36,326 nt of DNA from Acidobacteriota bacterium (GTDB lineage Bacteria; Acidobacteriota; UBA4820; DSQY01): NCBI GenBank assembly GCA_037440125.1, contig JBBIUU010000003.1:27266-63591 (forward strand), in the 5' to 3' direction. The position numbers and the translations under genes were made by a program. Below the pieces are notes generated by a model. It searched no databases. It was not told where the DNA came from and was given only the letters and a program-made list of their open reading frames with translations. This document shows, piece after piece, positions 17,874 through 26,379 of this stretch. Position 1 is the first letter of the stretch, and each line of letters opens with the position of its first letter.

Positions 17874-17902
17874 TTGACAGCCAACGGGTGCACCCGTAGA
17901 CT
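17874..17902 (+). promoter_or_regulatory. sigma70 promoter of the pseudokinase-TonB gene with a palindrome in the spacer
   Basis: TTGACA-17 bp-TAGACT; perfect palindrome ACGGGTGCACCCGT at 17884-17897. Confidence 0.7.
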
Positions 17903-17923
17903 TTGCGCAAGAGAGGGGGCCCC

Positions 17924-19846
17924 ATGTCTCAGAACTGCCTTGGTTCATACATCCTGGGAAATCCGCTCGGTTCGGCGGCCCTGGGCGATCTCGTCCGCGC
18001 CCTTCCCTTCGAGGGGACGCCCGTCATCAGGCTCGTCCAATCCCTGCCCGCATCTTTCGCCAAGCACCCCGACGCGGCGGCCCTCTTGCAGCGCAACGCA
18101 CGGCAGTGGATGTCGGTCCGCGACCTCCACACCCTGAGCCTCGTGGCCCTCGAGCAGGACGGTGACGCGCCCTTCCTGGTCTATGAATACCAGCAGGGCC
18201 GACTCCTCTCCGACATCCTCGCCCGCTGCCACCAGGAAGGGCTCCCGCTGAGCGCTGACCAGGCCGTCTACATCGCCGAGAGGCTCGCGGGCGCCCTCCT
18301 CTCCGTGTCCGCTTCCGGCACCGCCTACGGATGCCTTACCGCACAGAGCGTGCTCGTCACCTTCGAGGGCGAGGTCAAGCTGCTCCCGGGCGCCTTTCGA
18401 GATCTGCACACCACCTCCCTCTCAGCCGACCCGTCGCTCCAGGACTACCGCCGTGGGCTGCCCCCGGGCCTGGGCGCCGACAAGGCCACGCGCCTGTCGG
18501 CCGACCGCTACGCCCTCGGCGCGCTGATGTTCGAGCTCCTCTCCCGCGAGCCCTTCCGGACCTCCGACGGCGCGTTCGACGCCGCGGCCCGCATCTCCGC
18601 GGCGAGGGCCGGCGAGTGCGGCCTGGAACCCGTGCCCGAGGCGCTCACGGCCATCCTGCAGCGGGCGTGCGTGCTCGAGTCCTCCGAAGCCTACGAGGAC
18701 CTCGCGGCGATGAAGGCGGACCTCGACCAGCTCATCGCCTCGGGCGAGTACAGCCCCACGACCTTCAACATCGCCTTCCTGATGCACACGCTCTTCCGCG
18801 GCGAAGATGAGGCGGACACGGCGGCGGACCAGTCCTTCCTCTCGGTGGACCGGGAGAGCTTCAAGCCCGCTCCGCCGCCTCCGCCTCCGCCGGCACCCGT
18901 CGTCGAGGCGTCCCGGCCGGCGCCGAAGCCGGCGCCGCCCCGCGAGGAGCCCGCACCCACCTTTGGGATGCTCGAGGAGGAGCCCCCGCCCAGCCGGAAG
19001 GGGCTCATCATCGGCCTCGCGGCGGCCGCGGGCATCGTGGCCATCGTCGTGCTCTCCTACTTCGCCTTCTTCCGCGAGAAGGGCCCGTCGCAGGCCGAGA
19101 TCGCCGCGAAGGAGCAGCTCGCGAAGATGCTGAAGGATCAGCAGGAGATGACCGTGCGGATGAAGGCACTCGAGGACGAGCGGGCCTCCCTCGCGAGCCA
19201 GGTCGCGAACGCGAAGACCACTGAGGAGAAGCAGAAGGCGCAGAAGGCTCTCGAGGACACGCAGAAGAAGCTCCAGGCCCAGAAGGAGGAGCAGAAGCGG
19301 CTCGCCGACCAGACCGCCGCAGCGGCCGCCGCGGCGCCCGCGCCCACCGAGAAGGCCCCGGCGCCCGCCCCGGCGCAGGTCGCCGAGAAGGCCCCACCTC
19401 CGGCGACGCCGCCGGCCCCGGGCACCACGCCATCCGCTGCGCCCGCCACCCAGCCCTCCCCCGAGAAGTCCGCTCCGGCGCCCTCCTCGCCCGCGCCGGC
19501 CCAACCACCAGCACCCTCCGGGGCGCCGGCCTCGGAGGCCGCCGTGAAGCCCGGTGATTTCGTGGAGATGTGGGGCCTGGACGTGAAGCCGAAACAGATC
19601 AGCGACCTTCGCGTGAGCCCGCCCTCGGCCGCCGTCTCCCAGCACCTCACGGGCACCGTCTACGTCGAAGTGCAGATCGACGAGACCGGCAAGGTGACCG
19701 CCGCGAAGGTCGTGAAGGGGCTCGGCTCCGACTTCGGCCTCAACGCCGCGTGCGAGGAGGCCGCCATGAGGCTCAAGTTCAGCCCGGGCATCAGCAAGGG
19801 CGTGCCCGTGAAGACGAAGATGACCTTCCCCATCCTGTTCAAGTAG
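17924..19846 (+). CDS. membrane protein with N-terminal degenerate Ser/Thr kinase-like domain, TM, coiled coil, Pro/Ala linker and TonB C-terminal domain
   Basis: Kinase-fold remnants (LGSYILGNPLG, FLVYEYQQGRLL, YGCLTAQSVLVTFEGEVKLL, ADRYALGALMFELLS); TM GLIIGLAAAAGIVAIVVLSYFAFF; TonB_C GTVYVEVQIDETGKVTAAKVVKG..ACEEAAMRLKFSPG..GVPV. Confidence 0.8.
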   Translation: MSQNCLGSYILGNPLGSAALGDLVRALPFEGTPVIRLVQSLPASFAKHPDAAALLQRNARQWMSVRDLHTLSLVALEQDGDAPFLVYEYQQGRLLSDILARCHQEGLPLSADQAVYIAERLAGALLSVSASGTAYGCLTAQSVLVTFEGEVKLLPGAFRDLHTTSLSADPSLQDYRRGLPPGLGADKATRLSADRYALGALMFELLSREPFRTSDGAFDAAARISAARAGECGLEPVPEALTAILQRACVLESSEAYEDLAAMKADLDQLIASGEYSPTTFNIAFLMHTLFRGEDEADTAADQSFLSVDRESFKPAPPPPPPPAPVVEASRPAPKPAPPREEPAPTFGMLEEEPPPSRKGLIIGLAAAAGIVAIVVLSYFAFFREKGPSQAEIAAKEQLAKMLKDQQEMTVRMKALEDERASLASQVANAKTTEEKQKAQKALEDTQKKLQAQKEEQKRLADQTAAAAAAAPAPTEKAPAPAPAQVAEKAPPPATPPAPGTTPSAAPATQPSPEKSAPAPSSPAPAQPPAPSGAPASEAAVKPGDFVEMWGLDVKPKQISDLRVSPPSAAVSQHLTGTVYVEVQIDETGKVTAAKVVKGLGSDFGLNAACEEAAMRLKFSPGISKGVPVKTKMTFPILFK

Positions 19847-20077
19847 GCTCGGCGCCTCCGGCGTCGGAAGCTCGGGGATTCAGCGGGCGGCCCTCTCCGG
19901 GCCGGCCCACCCCGGACCACTTCGAAGGGTACCGCCGGGGGCTCCTTGGAACCAAGACCCGGGCTGTTCCCCGAAGGCCGACCCCAGAGAATCAGCGGGC
20001 CTGCACATGCATCCCCTGCCCGACTACCGACGCCGCGAGGGCCGATGCATCGAGGGGCCACAGGCTCCACCCAATAG

Positions 20078-20105
20078 CTAAAGGGAGGGGCCGGAGCCCC
20101 TCCCT
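20078..20105 (-). terminator. putative terminator of the PKD-repeat gene
   Basis: AGGGAGGGGC-CGGA-GCCCCTCCCT 10-bp stem followed by TTTAG on the minus strand, ~30 bp after the stop. Confidence 0.6.
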
Positions 20106-20133
20106 CGGGAGTTTCAGATGTCGAGCGGGCCGC

Positions 20134-23100
20134 TCAACGGACCACGGTGGCTCCGTTCGAGAGGCCGCCCGTGGGGTTCAACACCTGCACCGTGACGGGC
20201 ACGCCCTTGGGGAGCATGGCCTTCAGGAGCGCGTCGCCCTTGGCCATCATCATGGTCGTGCTCCTGAACTCGCTCAGGGGTGCGGCCTGGCCGTTGATGA
20301 GGACGATGGCGCCGGGCATGAAGCCGGAGCCGAAGACCTTGATGCGGAGGGGGGACGTGGCGATCTTGGCGTCACTCACGATGGGGTTGCTGAGCGTGAT
20401 GGTGATGGGCGTGGTCTGGGCCGACCTGCCCAGGGAGTCGACCACCATGGCGTAGACCGACAGGGAGCCGTTGTATCCCGTGCTGTCCCAGACGAAGGTG
20501 TAGGGCGCGCTCGTGGCGACGCCGATGGCGACGCCGTTGGCGTAGTACACCACCCTGAGCACGGGCACGTTGTCGTAGACCGTGCTCTGGAAGGTGACCG
20601 AGGCGCCGTAGGTGCCGCCGTCCACCGGCGAGGTCATGGCGATGGAGGGCGCCTGGAGGACGTTGATTTGGAGGTGCGAATCGGTCGCCGTGTAGACCTT
20701 CCCGCAGGCGTCCGCCGCCGTCACGGTGAGCGTCACGGTGTAGGTTCCCGCCGTCTGGTAGAGGTGGTTCGGGTGCGAGCCCGTGTCGGACGCGCTCCCA
20801 TCGCCGAAGTCCCAGCTGTAGGTGAAGGGGCCCGCGCTCCCGCTGACGGACGACGAGAAGTTGACCAGGAGCGGCACGAGGCCCGACGTCGCGTCGGCCG
20901 AGGCGAAGGCCTGCAGGTTCATCATCGCCGCCGCGTGGATGACCGCGTTCGCCGAGCCCACGTTGCCGAGGGAGTCGGTGGCCGTGAGGATCACCGTGAA
21001 GTCGCCCGCCGACAGGAAGTTGTGGCAGGGCTTCTGGTCGGGGCTCACGGGCGAGCCGTCGCCGAAGCTCCAGGAGTAGATGTAGGGAGGGACGCCGCCT
21101 GTGGCCGAGGGGTCGAAGCACACGTTCAGGGGCGCGGTCCCGCACGTGGCGCTCGCCCCGAGGCTGGGCACCACGGGGGCGTAGGCGTTGACGGTCAGGG
21201 TGCCCGTCTGGGAGTGGCCGCAGCCGTCGTTGACCGTGAGAACCGCGTCGTAGGTTCCCGCGGCCGTGTAGGTGTGCTGCGCGGAGCTCGAGGGCACGGC
21301 GTTGGAGCCGTCCCCGAAGTCCCACGAATAAGTGTAGGGCTGGGTGCCGCCCGTCACGGCGCTCGCGAAGTTCACCGTGAGGGGCGCGGGGCCTGTGGTG
21401 CTGGGCAGACCCGTCACCGCCACGATCATCTGGGCCGTGGTGGTGATGGTCACCGTGCCCGACCCGATGCGTCCGACATGGTCGGTCACGGTGAGGGTGG
21501 CGGTGAAGGGCCCGATGGAGAGGTAGCTGTGGGACGGGTTCGCCAGGGTGCTCGTACCCCCGTCCCCGAAGGACCACGCGTAGGTGAGCGGCGGAACGCC
21601 GCCGACCACGTTGCCGGTGAAGGCCACGTTGAGCGGCGCGTAGCCGCAGGTGACATCGGCGGCCGGCGTGACGGTCACGGGCCCGTAGGAGTCGATGGGC
21701 AGGTGCGCCACCACCTGGTGGCCGCAGCTGTCGGAGACCGTCAGGGTGACGTCGTACTGCCCCGCGAGCCACGTGTGCTGGTCCGACGGGCTGTTGCTGT
21801 TGGGGCTGCCGTCCTGGAAGTTCCAGTCGTAGGTGTAGGGCGGCGTGCCTCCCGCGACGGTGCTCGAGACGTTCACCGTCAGGGGCGAGGGGCCCGCCGT
21901 GGCGGGCAGGCCGTGGGCCGTCACGGTCAGCTCGGGGGTCACGCTGACGTCTACGGTGCCCGTCCCCGTGTGGCCGAGGGAGTCGGTGACGGTGAGCGAT
22001 GCGGTGTAGGTGCCCACGGCGAGGTAGCTGTGGCTCGGGTTCGGCAGGGTGTCGGTGCCACCGTCGCCAAAGGCCCAGGCATAGGTGTAGGGCGGGACGC
22101 CGCCGGTGGTGCCGCCCGTGAAGATGACGTTGAGGGGCGCGTAGCCGCAGGCGAAATTCACCGTCGGCGTCGGCGTCACGGGCCCGTAGGCGTTGATGGG
22201 CAGCGTGGCGGACTGGGTCTGGCCGCAGCTGTCGGTCACCGTGAGGACCACGTCGTAGGTCCCGGGCGCGGCCCACGTGTGCTGGTCCGCCGGGCTCACG
22301 CTGTGCTCGCTCCCGTCGGCGAAGTCCCAGTCGTAGGTGTAGGGCGGCAGGCCGCCGGTGGCTGTGCCGGAGACATCGACGGTCAGCGGTGCGGGTCCGA
22401 CCGTCGCCGGCAGGCCCTGGACAGCGACCGAAAGGGGCGTGATCACCTTGACGTCCACCGACGTCGTGCCCGAGACGCCGAGCGCGTCGGTGGCGGTGAG
22501 GTGGGCCGTATAGGTGCCCGCGGCCAGGTAGCTGTGGCTTGGGCTCTGCTGGGTGCTCGTCTGGCCGTCGCCGAAGTCCCACGCCCAGGTGAAGGGCGGC
22601 TTCCCGCCCACCGCACCGCCCGTGAAAATGACGTTCAGCGGGGCGACGCCGCAGGGTTGGTTCACCGACGCCGTGGCGTTCACCGGATAGACCACGATGA
22701 AGATCGAGCTGTTCGAGGCCGTCGACGACGGGGTGCAGCCGTCGGTGACCGTGAGCTTCACGTTGTAGTAGCCCGGCTGGAAGACGTGGAGGGGGTTGAC
22801 GACGGTGTCGGTCGTCCCGTCACCGAAGTCCCACGCGTAGGTGAAGGGGCTCGTACCGCCCGTGACGGAGCTCGTGAAGTAGGCCGTGAAGGGCGCGTAG
22901 CCGCTGGTGCGGCTGACGCTCGTCACCACCGACAGCGGGTCGGTGATGGACACGATGATGTGGCTGTCCACGCTCGTGTGGGCGGCGGCGTCCGTCACCG
23001 TCATGGCCACCGTGTAGTCGCCCGCGGCCGCGTAAACGTGGCAGGGTGCCTGACCGGCGACCACGGGGCTCCCGTCGCCGAAATTCCACGAGTACGTGTA

Positions 23101-24114
23101 CGGCGGCGTGCCGCCGATGGCGGTCCCGGCGAAGCAAGCGTTCGTCCCGGCGGGACCGCAGAGGCGGTCCACCGTGGCCGTGCCCGCCAGGGCGCCGGGC
23201 ACCACTTTGATCACGAGGTGCGTGTCGGTGACGACGGTGGGCGGCTCGCACGAATCGGTCACCGTGAGGGTGACGTGGTAGGTTCCCGGATCGTTGTAGC
23301 CGTGCTGGGTGGCCCAGTCGTAGCACAGCGCCGAGCCGTCGCCGAAGTCCCAGACGTAGGAGTAGGGCGGCATGCCTCCCGACACGAACCCGCAACCGGA
23401 GTTGAACTGGACGAGGAGCGGGGCCGGGCCGTTGGTGGGCGTGACGCACGGCGTCACGGTCAGCGGGGTGGTCGTGATCTCGATGGAACCCACACCCGTG
23501 TTCCCGTCGCTGTCCACGACCTGGCACGTGACCAGGTAGTAGGTGTTCGGCGTGGTGAACGTGTGGCACGGCTGCGGGTCCTGGAAGTTCGGCGCGGGGT
23601 AGGTGCCGTCGCCGAAGTCCCAGTTATAGCTGTACGGTGGCGTGCCGGCCGGGACCGCAGCGAAGCAGACGTTGAGGTAGGCCTCGCCGCAGGTGGTGTT
23701 GGCGGTGATGTCCACGGGCAGCAGGACCACGATCGGCCCGAGAGTGTCCGTCCCCGTGAGCCCGTTGGCGTCCACGACGAGGACGCTGACCATGTACGAT
23801 CCCGGTGCGCCGTAGGTGTACTGCGGGTTCTGGGTGGCGCCGGCCCCGCCGTCACCGAAGTCCCAGGTCCACGTGTAGGGGAGCGTGCCGCCGGCAACCG
23901 TCGAGGTGAAGTTCACCGTCAGCGGTGCCGTGCCCGACGTGGGTGCGGCCGAGGCGTTGACCGTGAGCTGGGCCATGGCCGGCACCGATTGGAGCGCAAA
24001 GGCCGCGCCGACCAGGACGAGCACCGTCCACAGCAACGCCCGGAACGCGGGCTTGGCGACGCCGGCGGTACGAGGCCTCTGAACTCCACCAGCCAGAGGT
24101 TGGGTTCCAGACAT
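20134..24114 (-). CDS. large secreted/surface protein with 13 PKD domains, one bacterial Ig-like domain and a C-terminal IPT/TIG-like domain
   Basis: ATG 24114 after AAGGAGG; signal peptide ending AMA-Q; 13 W[DNSA]F[GAQ]DG motifs with GxYxVxLTVTD; Ig-like TSPVDGGTY..SAPYTFVWD. Confidence 0.88.
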   Translation of the reverse strand: MSGTQPLAGGVQRPRTAGVAKPAFRALLWTVLVLVGAAFALQSVPAMAQLTVNASAAPTSGTAPLTVNFTSTVAGGTLPYTWTWDFGDGGAGATQNPQYTYGAPGSYMVSVLVVDANGLTGTDTLGPIVVLLPVDITANTTCGEAYLNVCFAAVPAGTPPYSYNWDFGDGTYPAPNFQDPQPCHTFTTPNTYYLVTCQVVDSDGNTGVGSIEITTTPLTVTPCVTPTNGPAPLLVQFNSGCGFVSGGMPPYSYVWDFGDGSALCYDWATQHGYNDPGTYHVTLTVTDSCEPPTVVTDTHLVIKVVPGALAGTATVDRLCGPAGTNACFAGTAIGGTPPYTYSWNFGDGSPVVAGQAPCHVYAAAGDYTVAMTVTDAAAHTSVDSHIIVSITDPLSVVTSVSRTSGYAPFTAYFTSSVTGGTSPFTYAWDFGDGTTDTVVNPLHVFQPGYYNVKLTVTDGCTPSSTASNSSIFIVVYPVNATASVNQPCGVAPLNVIFTGGAVGGKPPFTWAWDFGDGQTSTQQSPSHSYLAAGTYTAHLTATDALGVSGTTSVDVKVITPLSVAVQGLPATVGPAPLTVDVSGTATGGLPPYTYDWDFADGSEHSVSPADQHTWAAPGTYDVVLTVTDSCGQTQSATLPINAYGPVTPTPTVNFACGYAPLNVIFTGGTTGGVPPYTYAWAFGDGGTDTLPNPSHSYLAVGTYTASLTVTDSLGHTGTGTVDVSVTPELTVTAHGLPATAGPSPLTVNVSSTVAGGTPPYTYDWNFQDGSPNSNSPSDQHTWLAGQYDVTLTVSDSCGHQVVAHLPIDSYGPVTVTPAADVTCGYAPLNVAFTGNVVGGVPPLTYAWSFGDGGTSTLANPSHSYLSIGPFTATLTVTDHVGRIGSGTVTITTTAQMIVAVTGLPSTTGPAPLTVNFASAVTGGTQPYTYSWDFGDGSNAVPSSSAQHTYTAAGTYDAVLTVNDGCGHSQTGTLTVNAYAPVVPSLGASATCGTAPLNVCFDPSATGGVPPYIYSWSFGDGSPVSPDQKPCHNFLSAGDFTVILTATDSLGNVGSANAVIHAAAMMNLQAFASADATSGLVPLLVNFSSSVSGSAGPFTYSWDFGDGSASDTGSHPNHLYQTAGTYTVTLTVTAADACGKVYTATDSHLQINVLQAPSIAMTSPVDGGTYGASVTFQSTVYDNVPVLRVVYYANGVAIGVATSAPYTFVWDSTGYNGSLSVYAMVVDSLGRSAQTTPITITLSNPIVSDAKIATSPLRIKVFGSGFMPGAIVLINGQAAPLSEFRSTTMMMAKGDALLKAMLPKGVPVTVQVLNPTGGLSNGATVVR

Positions 24115-24223
24115 GCCACCCTCCTTCTTCTGGGACATCCGCATACGACGAAGACTCGCCCCCCGGGCGATTATTTGACTGAAATCTCCGCAGTTTGACC
24201 CCAAATCTCTAACCACATTTCCC

Positions 24224-24252
24224 AAGTTACATCCCAACATCGCGTGTGTCAA
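24224..24252 (-). promoter_or_regulatory. sigma70 promoter of the PKD-repeat gene
   Basis: Minus strand TTGACA (24252-24247)-17 bp-TAACTT (24229-24224). Confidence 0.6.
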
Positions 24253-24473
24253 GAGCCTTCAAGCACTTGCCCACCTTTCGCCGCCTCGCTCGGAGGGAGG
24301 ACAAAAATGGCCTCGCTCCGGGGCGCCGACGCCTCCCGCCGCAGGATCCCCGCGGGCGCCGGGAAGGCGGAATAATCCGGTCCGAAAGAGGTTGCACCCC
24401 TGAAACCGACATGAAACCGCCGTCGAGCCCGATTTGTATTATGATACAGCCGGTTAGCATGGGGTGCAAGGCG

Positions 24474-25214
24474 ATGGAGTGGTGGCTGGCCCAAGGGGGC
24501 TTTCCGGCGGAGGATCTGGCCAGGGAGGAGCTTCTCCTCGCGTCCGCGGACCGCCCGCTGGGGTTCCTGTACCGCTGGGACCGTCCCGCCCTCGTCCTCG
24601 GCTACGGCCAGGAGCCCTCCAGCGTGGACCTCGGGGCGTGCCGCCGGCTCGGTGTTCCGGTGCTGAGGCGGGCTACGGGGGGCACGGGAGTCCTCTACGA
24701 CGGGGACGTCGCGGTCTCCCTCGCGCTCCCGGCCGGGCACCCCTGGGCGGCCACCATCGGCGGCCTGTACGACCCCTTCGTGGAGTCCCTCCGCCTTTCC
24801 CTCGCGACCCTCGGCGTGACCACCGAACGGGGCAGCGGCAGGGCCCGGGCCGGGAACCGGTCACCCATCTGCTTCGAGGACCACCTGTCGGAGACCCTGG
24901 CGGTGGAGGGCAGAAAGCTCCTGGGCTGCGCCCAGGCTCGCCGGCGGGAGGCCGTGCTCGTCCACGGCGCCCTCCTGTTGAGCGTCCATGCGGCCCTCCA
25001 GGCGGAAGTCTACGGCGTGGCGCAGGAGCGCATCGAGAAGGTCCTGGGCTGCGTCCCCCGGGGGAGCTACGCTTCCCCCGAGGCCCTGATGCGAGCCCTC
25101 GCCACGGACCTCTCGGCGCGGCTCGGGGAAGGTGAGCCCCGCTTCTCGCCGCCGCCTGCCCTCCACGGCCCGCTGGCCGGGCGGGCCTCGGACCCCAAGT
25201 GGGTCATCGCCTGA
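24474..25214 (+). CDS. lipoate-protein ligase / octanoyltransferase family protein (LplA/LipM-like, catalytic domain only)
   Basis: LYRWDRPALVLGYGQ, VLRRATGGTGVLY and GRKLLGCAQ..VLVHGALL motifs; adjacent to a lipoyl-dependent dehydrogenase operon. Confidence 0.85.
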   Translation: MEWWLAQGGFPAEDLAREELLLASADRPLGFLYRWDRPALVLGYGQEPSSVDLGACRRLGVPVLRRATGGTGVLYDGDVAVSLALPAGHPWAATIGGLYDPFVESLRLSLATLGVTTERGSGRARAGNRSPICFEDHLSETLAVEGRKLLGCAQARRREAVLVHGALLLSVHAALQAEVYGVAQERIEKVLGCVPRGSYASPEALMRALATDLSARLGEGEPRFSPPPALHGPLAGRASDPKWVIA

Positions 25215-25231
25215 GCGGGAGTGCCCCCGGG

Positions 25232-25247
25232 CGGCACGCTGCTTGCT
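25232..25247 (+). promoter_or_regulatory. sigma54 promoter upstream of the 2-oxoacid dehydrogenase operon
   Basis: CGGCACGCTGCTTGCT; GG 25233-34 and GC 25245-46; ~60 bp before ATG 25306. Confidence 0.65.
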
Positions 25248-25305
25248 TAGAAGACACGGGCTACGGCCCGCTGAAACACCCGAACAAGCCCAGAGGAGAA
25301 TCGGG

Positions 25306-26379
25306 ATGCCCAAGATACCCATCCACGAGGCCATCACCCTGCGCCTGGAGATCCTGGACAAGGACGGCAAGGCCGACAAGACCCTCATGCCGGACCTCTC
25401 CGGCCAGCATCTGCAGGATCTCTACCGCTCCATGGTCCGCATGCGCAAGGTCGACGAGAAGGCGCTGAACATGCAGCGCCAGGGCCGCATGGGGACCTAC
25501 GGCTCCATCCGGGGGCAGGAGGCCGCCCAGGCAGGGCTCGCCGCCGCCATGGAACCCCAGGACTGGACCGTGCCCTCCTTCCGCGAGCAGGGGATCATGA
25601 TGGAGCGGGGCGTCCCGCCGCACCTCGTGTACGCGTTCTGGAAGGGCGACGAGCGGGGCAGCGTGTTCCCCGAGGGCGTGCGGTGCCTGCCCATCGCCAT
25701 CCCCGTGGCGAGCCAGTTCCTCCACGCGGCCGGCCTCGGCATGGCCTTTAAGCTCAAGGACGAGGACGCCGTGGCCGTGGGTTTCGGCGGCGACGGCTCC
25801 ACCTCCGAGGGCGACTTTCACGAGGCCCTGAACTTCGCCGGCGTCTTCAAGGCCCGCACCGTCTTCTTCGTGCAGAACAACCAGTGGGCCATCTCGTTGC
25901 CCTTCAAGCAGCAGACCGCCGCGCAGAGCATCGCCCAGCGCGCCCACGGATACGGCATCGAGGGGATCCAGGTGGACGGCAACGACATCCTCGCCGTGTA
26001 CGCCGCCTCCAAGGAGGCCCTGGACCGCGCGCGCCGCGGCGACGGGCCCACACTCATCGAGGCCCTCACCTACCGCATGGAGAACCACACCACGGCCGAC
26101 GACGCCACGCGCTACCGCCCGGCGGAGGACCTGGAGTACTGGCGTCAGCGCGACCCCATCGACCGCATGAAGAAGTTCCTCGTCGCGCAGAAGCTCTGGA
26201 ACGACAAGAAGGAGCAGGCGCTGCTCGAGGAGTGCGCCGCCCTCGTCGAGACCGAGGTGGCCGCCCTCGAGGCCATGCCCGCGCCGGACCCCACGGACAT
26301 CGTGAGCTACATGTTCAAGGAGCTGCCCTACAACCTGCGCGAACAGCGGGAGCAGCTCGCCCGGGAGGTGGGACGATGA
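25306..26379 (+). CDS. pdhA: pyruvate/branched-chain 2-oxoacid dehydrogenase E1 alpha subunit
   Basis: QRQGRMG, GQEAAQ, TPP motif GDGSTSEGDF..NNQWAIS, and HTTADD; RBS GAGGAG. Confidence 0.9.
   Translation: MPKIPIHEAITLRLEILDKDGKADKTLMPDLSGQHLQDLYRSMVRMRKVDEKALNMQRQGRMGTYGSIRGQEAAQAGLAAAMEPQDWTVPSFREQGIMMERGVPPHLVYAFWKGDERGSVFPEGVRCLPIAIPVASQFLHAAGLGMAFKLKDEDAVAVGFGGDGSTSEGDFHEALNFAGVFKARTVFFVQNNQWAISLPFKQQTAAQSIAQRAHGYGIEGIQVDGNDILAVYAASKEALDRARRGDGPTLIEALTYRMENHTTADDATRYRPAEDLEYWRQRDPIDRMKKFLVAQKLWNDKKEQALLEECAALVETEVAALEAMPAPDPTDIVSYMFKELPYNLREQREQLAREVGR

Noticed and set aside
17446-17925. Small ORFs called in the sRNA region (17446-17742, 17453-17659, 17656-17925)
   Set aside because: Low-complexity, repeat-derived translations with no RBS and atypical codon usage; the plus-strand ones cross a terminator.
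19847-20077. Gap between the convergent pseudokinase-TonB and PKD genes considered as an ncRNA
   Set aside because: Only short repeats (TCAGCGGGC twice, ATGCAT twice); no promoter, tRNA-like fold or known motif recognised.
19570-24198. 1542-aa plus-strand ORF
   Set aside because: Antisense shadow of the PKD-repeat gene, with Arg/Gly/Val-rich nonsense composition.
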